Source: Girardia tigrina | Lineage: Eukaryota | Reading direction: 5' to 3' | NCBI GenBank assembly: GCA_001938485.1 | Contig: MQRK01249281.1 | Location: forward strand, 1-55,806 | Length of the DNA stretch: 55,806 nucleotides | Shown here: positions 10,901 through 21,221 of the stretch, one piece after another | Numbering within the stretch: the stretch's first letter is position 1 | Layout: every line of letters begins with the position of its first letter | Notes under the pieces: generated by a model | What the model was told of the DNA's origin: nothing | The model's database searches: none | Seen by the model: the letters and a program-made list of their open reading frames with translations, nothing else | Position numbers and translations under genes: made by a program

Positions 10901-13900
10901 TATTAATATTAAAATTTCACTTTATTAAATTTAGAAAACTTTTCTATTTCACATTTAAATTTTTTTTCCTCATTAAAAAAAAGAAATTTTTTTATCAGTT
11001 ACAAATTTTTTATCGCTAAAAATTTTTTTATTAAATTGAATTTGCAGAACTAAAATTAAATTGAGCTGCAGAACATCAACAAATTCCGACCCGATAGACA
11101 TCACTTCGTCAATCGCGTCAGCGATAATAAATTGACTTTTTGCGAAGCGTGTAATCAAGAACTGATCACGATGGGCTCGGTCAATTCGTGCATCAACTGC
11201 CAGATCGTGTGACACGACCAGTGCGTTAAGAACGCCAAGTTTCATTGTCAGAACAACCAATTGTGGATCCAAATGTTTATCACGGAACGATCTACCGGGT
11301 GATCGAATGAACCAACCATTGCGTCGGTTATGGTAATATCCGGGACAAATCAGGTTAATTGATGCCACTTGGTGCTTGATTCGCCCTATTCTTCAGCACT
11401 TGGCATCTATAGTCTTATATTTGTTATGTGAGTTCCAAAGGTTTATAAATCCCGCAATATATAGATATTTTTACCAGCCATCTTATTATATTCATAAGGA
11501 GTTAAACAAAGATAGATAACAGTGCTTAGCCGCTATAGCAGCCTTATGCGATGAAATAGTTTAACAAACAATGACTGAAATCAGAGGAAACTCTGACGGT
11601 AGACTAACATGATTCTGATATTTACATGAGTAAAGGGACGAAAGACTAGTTGAACGATATAGTAGTGTCTAATGTGCACACAATCTGATCAACATCATGA
11701 TTATAATTAATCAAAAATCTTTGGATTAAGTTTTTTATTTGTGGAACCAGTTTACTGATTGCAATTCTATTGGGTTGACAACTAATTAATGGCCGACTTC
11801 AGTTATAGATGTCTCTTATTTCCATTTTTATGATATCAATATTAAGAACATTTAGACAAGTCGCGTTTGAACTATTATTACAATCAAATTTAGAGTCATT
11901 ATGATTCTCAGAAAGTCTTTCATCGTTTGTCATCATTCTAATTAGTTTTCTTATTTTTCTTTTTAATCATGATTATTCGAACAATTTTTCTAAATGATTT
12001 TTTTTAAATATATTAATTATTATTAATTAAAAATAATAAATTTTACCATTTCTCAATAAATCCCAAAATAATAAAAATGTCATCAAATTATTAAAAATAC
12101 ATTTAATTTAAATATTACCAAAAAATATTAAACTTAATTTTAATTGTTAAATTAAAAATATGAACTTATAAAATGATTATTTTAATTATGTTCGAATAGT
12201 CAATCACTTTAAATTTAAATAAAAAAATACCAATTTCCACCTGGGTGGGAGAATCACCATTCTAAATTCAACATACTTAAATCAACATACAACATCACTA
12301 CATTTACACATTCAAACAGTTTAAAATAATCCTCACAATCAATAAATATTATGAATTTTTTTCTTATATATGTTAGCTTTACAAATTTATTACTTACATA
12401 TTTTTTAAAAGTTTTTAAACATTTAAATAATTAATATACTAATCAATAATTAATATGGAGTGCTATATATTGCTTTATATTTCCGTAAAGGAAATATGTT
12501 GCACCCACCATATTGCCATGATCTCTCGCACCATCGGATTATCAATTATTTCAATCCCTGGACAACTCCCTTCGTGGTAAAACTTTCAATGATGACAACG
12601 CTATAAAATCTCACTTAAATAAATTTTTGACCCAAAAGGATCACAATTTCTACGACCTTGGAATTTTCAAGTTGTCAGAGAGGTAGCACAAGGTCATCGA
12701 ACATTGATTAAAGTTCATTCCAAGTAAAAACTCTGTTTCATTGAACAAATCGGAAATTACTTAGTTGCCAACGCAATAAATAAAACAGTTAACATGTCTG
12801 AAATGAGTTAGGACGGTTTGCAATTATTTATGAATTTTCGATTAAAGTACTTCCTTTAACCAAATATTTAAAAGACGTAAATTCATGTGTTAAGATAATA
12901 TTTATTCTAATATATTTATTTTGATCACATATTCTAAATTCGAAGGACTCATTAATTATTTGAATGAGTATATTGTTAAGTTGACATACTTCAATGACTT
13001 TAAAAGTTTTCTTTACATATTTCTCTTCAGGATACTTGGAACAAGGGTTGATCGTAACGGATGTGAGCAAACTGAGGCGAAACTATGTACTTAAATGGGA
13101 ATTCAAATTAGATCTACTATCCCTTCTCCCGTTTGAACTTTTAAGTATCATACCTCAAGTCGGTGGGCTACAATTTGTATTCTTGAGATTCAATCGACTT
13201 ATTAAATGCTATAAAATATTTACTTTTACTGATAGAACTGAAACAAGAATAAATTTTCCCAATATGTTTCGGATTAGCACGTTAATTTTCTATATTTTGA
13301 TTTTAATTCACCTAAATGCCTGTATTTATTTCTTTATATCAACGACGGTTGGTCTTGGTTCAGACGCCTGGGTCTACCCTCCAAGGTCATCTGATGGTAT
13401 CAATTCTACAACTGGAATCGATGTTCCTGATAGATGGAATGTGTTCCGTATAAAATATATCTACTCATTTTATTGGTCGACTTTAATATTAACAACAATT
13501 GCCGATATTCCACCTCCTGTTCACAACTACCAATACATCTTTATAACGGTCGATCTTTTGGCTGGAGTGTTGATCTTTGCAACAATCGTCGGAAATGTTG
13601 GATCAATGATAACCAATATGAACACTGCTCGAAGCGAATTTCAAATACAAATGGATAGTGTTAAAAGATATATGGAATTTCAAAAGATTGACAAAGATTT
13701 AGAACAAAGAGTTGTAAAATGGTTTGATTATATCTGGTCAAATAAACAATCTTTGGACGAAAAATCAATTCTTTCTACCTTACCGGACAAATTACAAGCA
13801 GAGATGGCCATTCATGTCCATTATGATACCCTTAAGAAAGTGCACATATTTCAAGTGAGCAATTATTATTATAAAACTAAAAAGAATTATTTTTGGAAAA

Positions 13901-16900
13901 TGAATTTTTCATAAAGTTTTGAATATCATAAGCATAGAAGTACTCCGTATACTACTTGTAGCGCAGAGTAGGCAGGTCAAAGGGGTATAAAGTCTCTATC
14001 GTCCTAATTTAGTAAACAATTTTATGTGATTTTTTAAATGAAAAAATGTACATTTGAATTACCAAGGAATGTTTTCATTTTTCTTCTTCATATTACCACT
14101 GAATGGATTCTATGGCGAATCCGAAGATTAAAGAATACATTAAATTTTCAGTGCTGATTATAATTTGTCATAATTTTAACATTTTCATGGTTACACTCTT
14201 CCTAAAAAGTCTATGGTAATCCCTTAAAATTTAAGCGTATGTTAAAAATTATTTGGGATGCATTACCTATCAACCCACAACTACCACTCGTAAATAAAAA
14301 ATCAATCAATTCTTTTCCAAAATAAATATCAACCCATTCAGAAAAAAATCACTGCTATCCAAAGACAAGAATCTAAAAGTTAAAAGATCGAAACAAAAAA
14401 ATATTAAATCCAACAGATTATGATTATAGATCATCGTCTCATAGATCAAAGTCTCATATTAGTGTAAAATGATTACTTGTATCCGTGGTGCGTAGTAACT
14501 AGCGAAAGCCACTCCGAAATTATTTCGCTAATTAACGGATATTTCCAAATAATATCCATATTCCAAATAATATCCATATTCCAAATAGTATCCATATTCT
14601 TAAAATATACTAATTACAACTATAGTAATAATAATATAAATAATCATGTTTATGGCAATAAAAATACGATATTTTTATAATTTTAACTTAAATAATTCAA
14701 TAAAATTAAATCCAAATACTATCCCTATTTTCTAAAAATTACCTCTTTAAACAAATTCTTTGGGGATACTATTTAATAGTATCCGGGATAGTATTTGGAA
14801 ATATCCGTTAGGTTTACTTAAGTACAGTTTTCTGGATAAATAAAAATAAGCTGGATTATAATTTTTTTGGTTTGTGTGATTTCACGGAATCGATTACATA
14901 ATCAATTATTTTCATTTTTTACAGGTGTATTAAATTCTTAATCAGGTTAACTGAACATGACGGTTAATTCATCGAAATAAATTGTCTATAAATATAATCT
15001 TAAATGGATGCATTTTGTTGTTAATAAAAAATTTCATTTGGATTAAAGCTTATTAAGATTCGTATTGTATTATCGTTTTCTTTATCAAACCGGGTACTTA
15101 CTGAACGAATGTCTATATTTGAGATTCAAATTTGTTTTTATTTTAAGTTATTTTTATATTTTAGTAATTAATTACTGTAATATCTACTTTAAAAAATGTA
15201 ATAATTAATTATATATTTTTTTATTTTAATTGCCAATTATTATTATTTATTATTCAGTATTTATTTGTTACTATAACTCATTAATGATTTATTTACTTAT
15301 TATATATTATTTTATACTATATATTATATATCATTATTTACATATTAATAAAAATCTAAAATAATATTAGCTTGGTAATATTATGGATCAATATTACCAA
15401 GCAGAAATAATAAAAATTTAAAAAATCGATAGCAGATAAATATTACTAATATATCTTATTATTGTCCAAATTTCGAAAAAAGAAAAAAAAGAAAAGAATT
15501 ATCCGAAAATATTCCTTTCAAAACGCAAATCAAATCAAGTAACTGAGAGAATTTATATGAAGACAAACACCGATTTAAGGTTTCAATAAATCTTTCAGAT
15601 AAGCCAATTCGAAAAGTAAGTAAGAAAACTAAAAGATACCAATACCTGTCAAAAAACAGTAAAAACTAAATAATAAAAAGTGATAAACCCGAAATATCGA
15701 ATATATCAGCCTAGTTTGACAAATATCAATCGTAAGAAAATAAAACTTAGCCAAACATTTGACTATAATCCTAGTACAGTTGAATTAAAGTAATACTATA
15801 TTATATTGTTATTGTCTCCTTTGACACTCTCCTCATATTTTACCCGTGACATTTATAAACATCTTCGTTTTTTATCTGTCCGTTGTACGTTTCGTTTTGT
15901 TAAATACAATTTTTACAAATTATTCCAAATATTATTTATATCAACAAGGATTTTGTTTTTAATTATTTTGTTTATTTCAGAGATAAATTCAGAAGACTAA
16001 TTAAACCTAGAATGAAACCAAAGTTTTACCATTCTTATATTGATTTATTTTTTATTTGTTAAAGCAAGTTAATAAACCAACATATCATGTACGTTTATTA
16101 ACTCGTTTTAAAATTAATAATTATTTTTTGAGAAGATTTATGTGAAAGTATAAAAATGAATTTCATTAATGTATATCAATTTAATATAAATATAATATTT
16201 TGTCTACCTAGGATTGAAGTACCTAATATTTAAATCCTAGTATTTTGTACTGAATTTTGATAATTTGAATACTTTGGAATAATCATTTTCTTGAATTTCC
16301 ATTTAAGTTCTAATTTGTTTTCCTTTGCAATAAATTTCAAGGTAAGCTATGCATTAAAAAATCGTTAAAATCCCAAAATATGTATCTTATTAACATCTTA
16401 TGTTCTATTTAACTTAAAATGTTTTTATTTGCATGTTACACATTTTTCCATTCTTTTTATCAGCTTACTTTCTATATAATACATTAAGCTATTAAGTATG
16501 AAATGTATAGATTTGATTCAAAAGGATTTATTATATTTCTATTCTTTACAATTATTGAAAGTATAATTCTGAAGCAGCGACACATATTTTCCATTTTATT
16601 GGTAACTCATTTATGCCTGTTACAAAGAAGCCTAGTGAATGAGAGCCAATGAAACAGCGAAAAGAATGTTCTACAGTCAATTGAAAATGGCATATTTTTC
16701 ATTTCAGATGTTGTCTATATTCTGGAAGAAATAGTAATTAGTCACAGCAAGGTCTGTCGAATACGTACCATAATTGATGGTTTCTAAATACAACTACACA
16801 TTATTTAATAGAGTCAATTTCACAATATGTGGGTGAGTATTATCATGCCATAATATTCAATATCTATTCACTCATATTCATTACACTAAGACTCTACAGT

Positions 16901-19527
16901 AATACATTTTCCAGGTTTATGAAGTTGTAATGGATGACACCATGAATAGTCCCCAAACTGTTACCATAAGATTCTTTTGATGAATACTTGATTTTGGACA
17001 GTACTTCAATAGGATGACTAGAATGTTATCTTTTGTTATGTGAAAGCAAAGAAATTTAAGCATCGAATCGATTTTGATTTGTTTCTCATTTAAATCATGT
17101 GGGACATATCTATAAAGTTATTTTACTTTGTTGATTTGGCGAAATGATCTAATATTGTTGGAAAAGAAACATTAAATACTGTTGCCAATTCAAGAGTAGT
17201 TTGCGATGCATCACTTTGCAAGCAGAAGAAATTAAAGTAATCATCATTCATTTTAGCTTCAGGTCTTTTACGTGGCTCATTTTTAAGCCTAAAATCTCCA
17301 GAAAGAAATTTAATAAATCAACGACTTACTGTACCTTTAGCTATGAGCATTTTTAGCAAACACTTCTATCAAGATACTTGCTGTTTGCATGGCGTTGGTT
17401 CCTATCAAAAACTCAAATTCCAAAATAACACAAATTTCAACTTATCCGTTCTTCTAAAAATATTAATTTAAAACATTGAAATTTAAAAGGCCATTGAAAG
17501 CTTTATTGTGCGCTCAAGAGTTATGATGTAATTTTTTCAATAAACAAAAATCCAATTCTGTTGTTACGAAATGCGATAAATATTTAATCATAAAACAATT
17601 ACTTAACAAATTTATGCATTTCAAACTTAATGACCTCTTATAAGCAACTTCATTTTTACAAATCATTTGTTCTGATGGTGACGGTTAAATAGTTCAATTT
17701 AATCAACAGAAAAATAAATTTTGATTGGCTTAGTAATTTTGATTAAAACAAATTACCATTTTTATCTAAAATTTGCTTATACTAATTCCTTTCTTTATTT
17801 ACTAAAACATTCCTGGTAATCTCGTTGTTAAGAGAACTCACACATTTGACAGAACATTTATTACATTCACAATTTTTATCATCTTTATGATGATCAACAG
17901 TAAGGCTTTCACTAGATTCAATCAATCAATTTTTTCAATATCTCTCATTATAATCTGAACTAACTTGAGAAAAATATTTTATTTAAAAATATTTACTTTA
18001 AATTTTATTGGCTGAAATAAAATATTTTTATAGTTATTTNNNNNNNNNNNNNNNNNNNNNNNNNNNNNNNNNNNNNNNNNNNNNNNNNNNNNNNNNNNNN
18101 NNNNNNNNNNNNNNNNNNNNNNNNNNNNNNNNNNNNNNNNNNNNNNNNNNNNNNNNNNNNNNNNNNTATAAAAATTAAATATTGACAATCCATCTGGTTA
18201 GGAGAGGCACAATCCCAAATCAAAATACAACATTTAAACATACAAAAACTACACAAAAACATCCACACACCAAATATTCCTCACACTCGTTTCCAAATAA
18301 AGTTGCCTCTTTGAATTTTAGTATTTTCCCTTCTTTTATGTACTTGCTTTCTTGTCATCTTGTCCGTGTCCTATCTCATTTTGCAATTTTAATCAACTTC
18401 TCATGATGCTATCGATCTGAAATTTTCAGTGTAGTTGTATTTTGCAATAACTTATCGATTGGACGTTCTTTCCAAATCGTTTGTCATCACACGATCAATC
18501 AGAATTAACAAAACAAATTGTGTAACAATTTTTATCTCACCAATCGATAAAAATCGACAAATAAAAAATCGTTTAATTGAATGAATAAGGCACTCAATAG
18601 AAAAAAGGGTTTTTTAATTTTTTTTAAATGTCTTTATATAATTACTAGATAAATTATTTATTTATAAGTTATTCATTTATTTTGCTAGATAAGTTATTCA
18701 TTTATTTTGCGTTGATTTATGAATATATTTATATTTTACGAGTTATTGAATCATTTATGAACTCGAACTTTCAATATTCGTTTTAAGTAGCACTTTTTTA
18801 TCTTACAAATGGCGTTCTTCCTTTAAACTAACCATCTACCAAAATTTTAAATTAGTAATGTAGTTCACTACAGTATATAAAACCTTTTCTCGCCTAATAT
18901 GAATGCAATTTATCTATTTAGGATTGTGAGCCAGGTTTGCTTGCAGAATTAGTTTTAAAATTGCGACTTCAAGTATTCAGTCCCGGTGATTATATTTGTC
19001 GCAAAGGAGATATTGGCAAAGAAATGTATATTGTCAAACAAGGAAAATTGGCTGTGGTTTCAGATGATGGGAAAACAGTTTTCGTGACCCTAAATGCTGG
19101 AAGCGTGTTTGGTGAACTATCTATTTTAAACATTCCGGGTAGCAAAACTGGAAATAAAAGAACAGCAAATGTAAAATCTATTGGATATTCTGATTTATTT
19201 TGCCTTAGTAAAAGTGATTTATGGGATGTTTTAGTTGAATATCCTGAAGCAAAAAATAAGTTAATGCAAAGAGGAAAAGACGTATTAAGTAAAGATAATC
19301 TGTTGGATCTAGACGCACTAGCAGAGGCAGAAAGGAAAGTATCCAATTCAGAAATGAAGCTTAAGAAACTCGAAAACGATCTCGAAACTTTATTGAATCG
19401 ACTCTCAAGGCTAAAAAATGAATATATATCGTCTCAACAGAAGTTTAAACATCGAATCACGAAATGTGAATCGCGAATTCAGTTTTCCATTGATGAACAA
19501 AACAAAATTGAAGAAATAAATTACTGA
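1769..19527 (+). CDS. CNGA: Cyclic nucleotide-gated cation channel alpha subunit (CNGA/TAX-4-like); spliced CDS join(1769..1906,10120..10268,10316..10527,13031..13854,18922..19527), 642 aa
   Basis: Exon lengths 138+149+212+824+606=1929 nt (643 codons), with GT-AG introns in compatible phases. Splicing rebuilds the CNG hallmarks FRTG|YLEQG and IFQ|[15 protein letters not shown]4 ([13 protein letters not shown]), pore helix YWSTL, S6 [20 protein letters not shown] (FGELS..NKRTANV) and a C-terminal leucine zipper are present. Confidence 0.93.
2220..2445 (+). mobile_element. Degenerate Penelope-like element 3' fragment (GIY-YIG region plus tail)
   Basis: Aligns by eye with 23490-23580 (GTAATGGGTG.AA...ACAT.CATT.GAGA...TGTAAGAGAATCCA) and with the ORF end and CTGATGA region of the 23453-23921 copy. 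Confidence 0.65.
3006..3225. mobile_element. Tigger/pogo-type MITE
   Basis: TIRs TACACAAAAAAACATCTCTATAA ... TTATAGAGAGGTTTTACTGTA with TA ends. Confidence 0.7.
4490..5835 (+). mobile_element. Degenerate hAT transposon, same subfamily as 21480-24052
   Basis: [22 protein letters not shown] at ~5335-5400, and [17 protein letters not shown] at ~5770-5835. TAGGGGTTGTAAAC TIR-like start; many stops and frameshifts. Confidence 0.8.
7996..8284. mobile_element. Small MITE-like element
   Basis: Imperfect inverted ends GGTGTTGTCGGTGCGTG ... CACGCACCTAACAACGG around an AT-rich core. Confidence 0.4.
8550..8740 (-). mobile_element. Gypsy integrase fragment
   Basis: Minus strand [19 protein letters not shown]...[19 protein letters not shown], homologous to the integrase at ~34715-34850. 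Confidence 0.85.
9421..9652. mobile_element. TTAA-flanked (piggyBac-type) MITE
   Basis: TTAA|CCCGAATGGGGCC ... GGCCCCATTATGG|TTAA; internal palindrome GTCCTTTTAAAAGGAC. Confidence 0.7.
10120..10268 (+). CDS. CNGA: CNG channel exon 2 ([25 protein letters not shown]...)
   Basis: Acceptor ttttttaag|G. DSFMKKF resembles the CNGA N-terminal DSFLERF motif. Donor GA|gtaaat at 10269; a 47-nt intron (10269-10315) restores the frame into exon 3. Confidence 0.8.
10316..10527 (+). CDS. CNGA: CNG channel exon 3 (S1-S2)
   Basis: [11 protein letters not shown]...RAVF..W..DY..D...DMFVGFRTG. Acceptor ttttag|, donor G|gttaat. Confidence 0.93.
11072..11302 (+). pseudogene. Orphan C1 (DAG/phorbol-ester-binding type) zinc-finger coding fragment with an in-frame TGA, inside CNG intron 3
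   Basis: Frame from 11102 reads [48 protein letters not shown], which fits H-X12-C-X2-C-X12-C-X2-C-X4-H-X2-C-X7-C. Confidence 0.8.
11770..12776 (+). mobile_element. Internally deleted mariner element carrying a solo LTR insertion
   Basis: TA-flanked TIRs TTGGGTTGACAACTAATTAAT / ATTACTTAGTTGCCAACGCAA. C-terminal transposase [26 protein letters not shown] at ~12500-12700. Confidence 0.85.
11840..12337 (-). mobile_element. Gypsy solo LTR (TG...TA termini) with 5-bp TSD ATCAA
   Basis: ATCAA at 11835-11839 and 12338-12342. Reverse complement runs TGTGAGG...GTTCTTAATA. Confidence 0.88.
13031..13854 (+). CDS. CNGA: CNG channel exon 4 (S3-S6, pore, C-linker)
   Basis: Acceptor ttctcttcag|GA TAC TTG GAA; lies within ORF 12994..13914; donor CAA|gtgagc. 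Confidence 0.96.
14533..14810. mobile_element. MITE with 19-bp TIR and subterminal 18-bp tandem repeats
   Basis: TAACGGATATTTCCAAATA ... TATTTGGAAATATCCGTTA; TTCCAAATAATATCCATA occurs about three times. Confidence 0.7.
16480..17640 (-). mobile_element. Near full-length degenerate mariner element in CNG intron 4
   Basis: TIR cores ATTAAGTATGAAATGTATAGATTTG / CAAATTTATGCATTTCAAACTTAAT. Minus strand [36 protein letters not shown] and [17 protein letters not shown]. Confidence 0.82.
17826..18285 (-). mobile_element. Gypsy solo LTR (TG...CA) with 5-bp TSD CTCGT, spanning an assembly gap
   Basis: CTCGT at 17821-17825 and 18286-18290. Reverse complement runs TGTGAGGAATATTT...TTCTCTTAACA. Confidence 0.85.
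18922..19527 (+). CDS. CNGA: CNG channel exon 5 (CNBD and CLZ, stop TGA)
   Basis: Acceptor tctatttag|GAT TGT GAG CCA. Encodes [43 protein letters not shown] and a coiled-coil CLZ. Confidence 0.96.
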   Translation, partial: DCEPGLLAELVLKLRLQVFSPGDYICRKGDIGKEMYIVKQGKLAVVSDDGKTVFVTLNAGSVFGELSILNIPGSKTGNKRTANVKSIGYSDLFCLSKSDLWDVLVEYPEAKNKLMQRGKDVLSKDNLLDLDALAEAERKVSNSEMKLKKLENDLETLLNRLSRLKNEYISSQQKFKHRITKCESRIQFSIDEQNKIEEINY

Positions 19528-19610
19528 TTTTATAAATTTTTTTGTCTATCTTTTACAAAAGAACCTTTTTTATCAATATTTTGCTAGTCTCTACAATTAT
19601 GATCATTCCA

Positions 19611-19620
19611 AATAAATAAA
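19611..19620 (+). promoter_or_regulatory. Candidate polyadenylation signal of the CNG gene
   Basis: Overlapping AATAAA hexamers about 85 nt after the stop codon. The AT-rich background lowers specificity. Confidence 0.4.
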
Positions 19621-20818
19621 TTTTTTATTCATTATTTTCATAGAACTTTTGAAAAATGACATAATGATTTTAATCTACAAATGCTCTCATTATGGTGGTG
19701 TCACAAGTTAAGTTGAAAAGTCACCAAATGAATATTTTAAGTCTAATTGTGTAGACTCGCCATAAGCTCGTCAAGTGTAGCATTTATATGTGCACCATAT
19801 GTGTTGCGACAGCAGCGCCGTAGAAGCGTATTTTATTATTTGTCATGAAATGGGACAGAGGAAGTTCATTGAAATTATTATTATATTTATTATTATTATT
19901 ATTCTTATCATTTAATTTATTATTATATAAATATAAATAAATATATAACATACGTTTGTGACTGAATAAAGTCAATTCGATTTTATCAGCTTCAGTCAGG
20001 ATTTTCGGCTCTTGTTTCACGATATTTTGATCATAAAAGTTCAATCTGAATTTGAAATTCAATTTTATCTTTATCCGCAAGCAGTCAATAATTTTCGCCC
20101 AAAGGAGGGTGCGTTTTCATTCACAGAGAACATTTTGCCGTAATGTTTCGAGTTTTTCGGGTTTTTTCTCATACTTATTTTTGAAAATTTCTATCAAATC
20201 GAGCGATTCTACCGATGGATATTTATTGCCTGATAGAGATGGGGAAATTATTTTATATTCTTTAGTCATGTTTTTTCATTCATTGATAAAATTTTAATTT
20301 TTAATATTAATAAAATTGCGAATCAAATAATATTTTTATTTTCAATTCAATTACAGTAATAAATCTTTTATTTAAAAAGACCTGCGGGGTTACCGCTAAT
20401 TCAGGCATTTTATCATATTATTTAAATAAGTCAAATTCCAACACAATATATATATATATATATATATCATTCATTTTTTATTTTTTCTAATTGCTTTTTT
20501 TTACTTTTATAAAAAAACAATTATTTAACGAATATTTATTTAAAACGAAACCGAACATACTCCCCCCTGATTCGACGCAGGAGAATCAAATCACTTTAAT
20601 ATCTATTTAAATCTTTTATTATACCTAAATTAAACAATCAATGTAAAAATCGCAAAATAGAACTTAGATAATCCAAAAAAATGTAAACGAAAAGAAACGT
20701 AGTAAAATTCTAGAGGTAAATTTTAATAGTGTAAGTTTATAGAAAAGTAACAAGAAAATTTAATAAATGGATTTTGGCAAAATGATCAAATCATCAAGAA
20801 GAAATTTGTTTAAATATG

Positions 20819-21221
20819 TGTGACAGCAGCTGAAAAAAGGGACCACAAGTCGCTGCACAGAAAGCCCAGAAATTGGGATTGGTCAAAAATGGGGCAAAAG
20901 TAGTTCTCTATCTATTTCAATAGGTCAATCCATGCCCCTGAATACAGTATGCATCATTTGTTGTTCTTGACCTATTTATAGGCCTTAAGTACCAACTTCA
21001 ATTTGTATGCGTAGTAGTGATTTTAATAAACATAATGTTTCAATTCGCGTTTTCTCAAAAACGAGTTTTAACGAATATGACCATTGTAATATCTGTAGAA
21101 GAATCAAATGATGGAATATCAGCATGATTTTTTGCACAGTTGTTAACTATTATGAGACCTACAACGTGGCACTCTTAACTCAGTTTCCTACTTGTGGTCC
21201 CTTTTCTCAACTTTGGTCACA
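20819..21221. mobile_element. Unclassified MITE
   Basis: TIRs TGTGACAGCAGCTGAAAAAAGGGACCACAAGT / ACTTGTGGTCCCTTTTCTCAACTTTGGTCACA. Confidence 0.72.

Noticed and set aside
10973-11368. 131-aa minus-strand ORF
   Set aside because: Antisense shadow of the plus-strand C1-domain fragment; no motif of its own.
13935-14510. tRNA/SINE A-box-like strings (TAGCGCAG at ~13959; TCCGTGGTG..TAG at ~14482)
   Set aside because: No B box and no cloverleaf.
14477-14680. ORF with FQIISI repeats
   Set aside because: Produced by the 18-bp subterminal repeats of a MITE.
18990-19346. Minus-strand ORFs overlapping the CNG exon 5 and the Gypsy genes (also 30987..31394, 31342..31641, 32429..32737)
   Set aside because: Antisense shadows of real coding frames.
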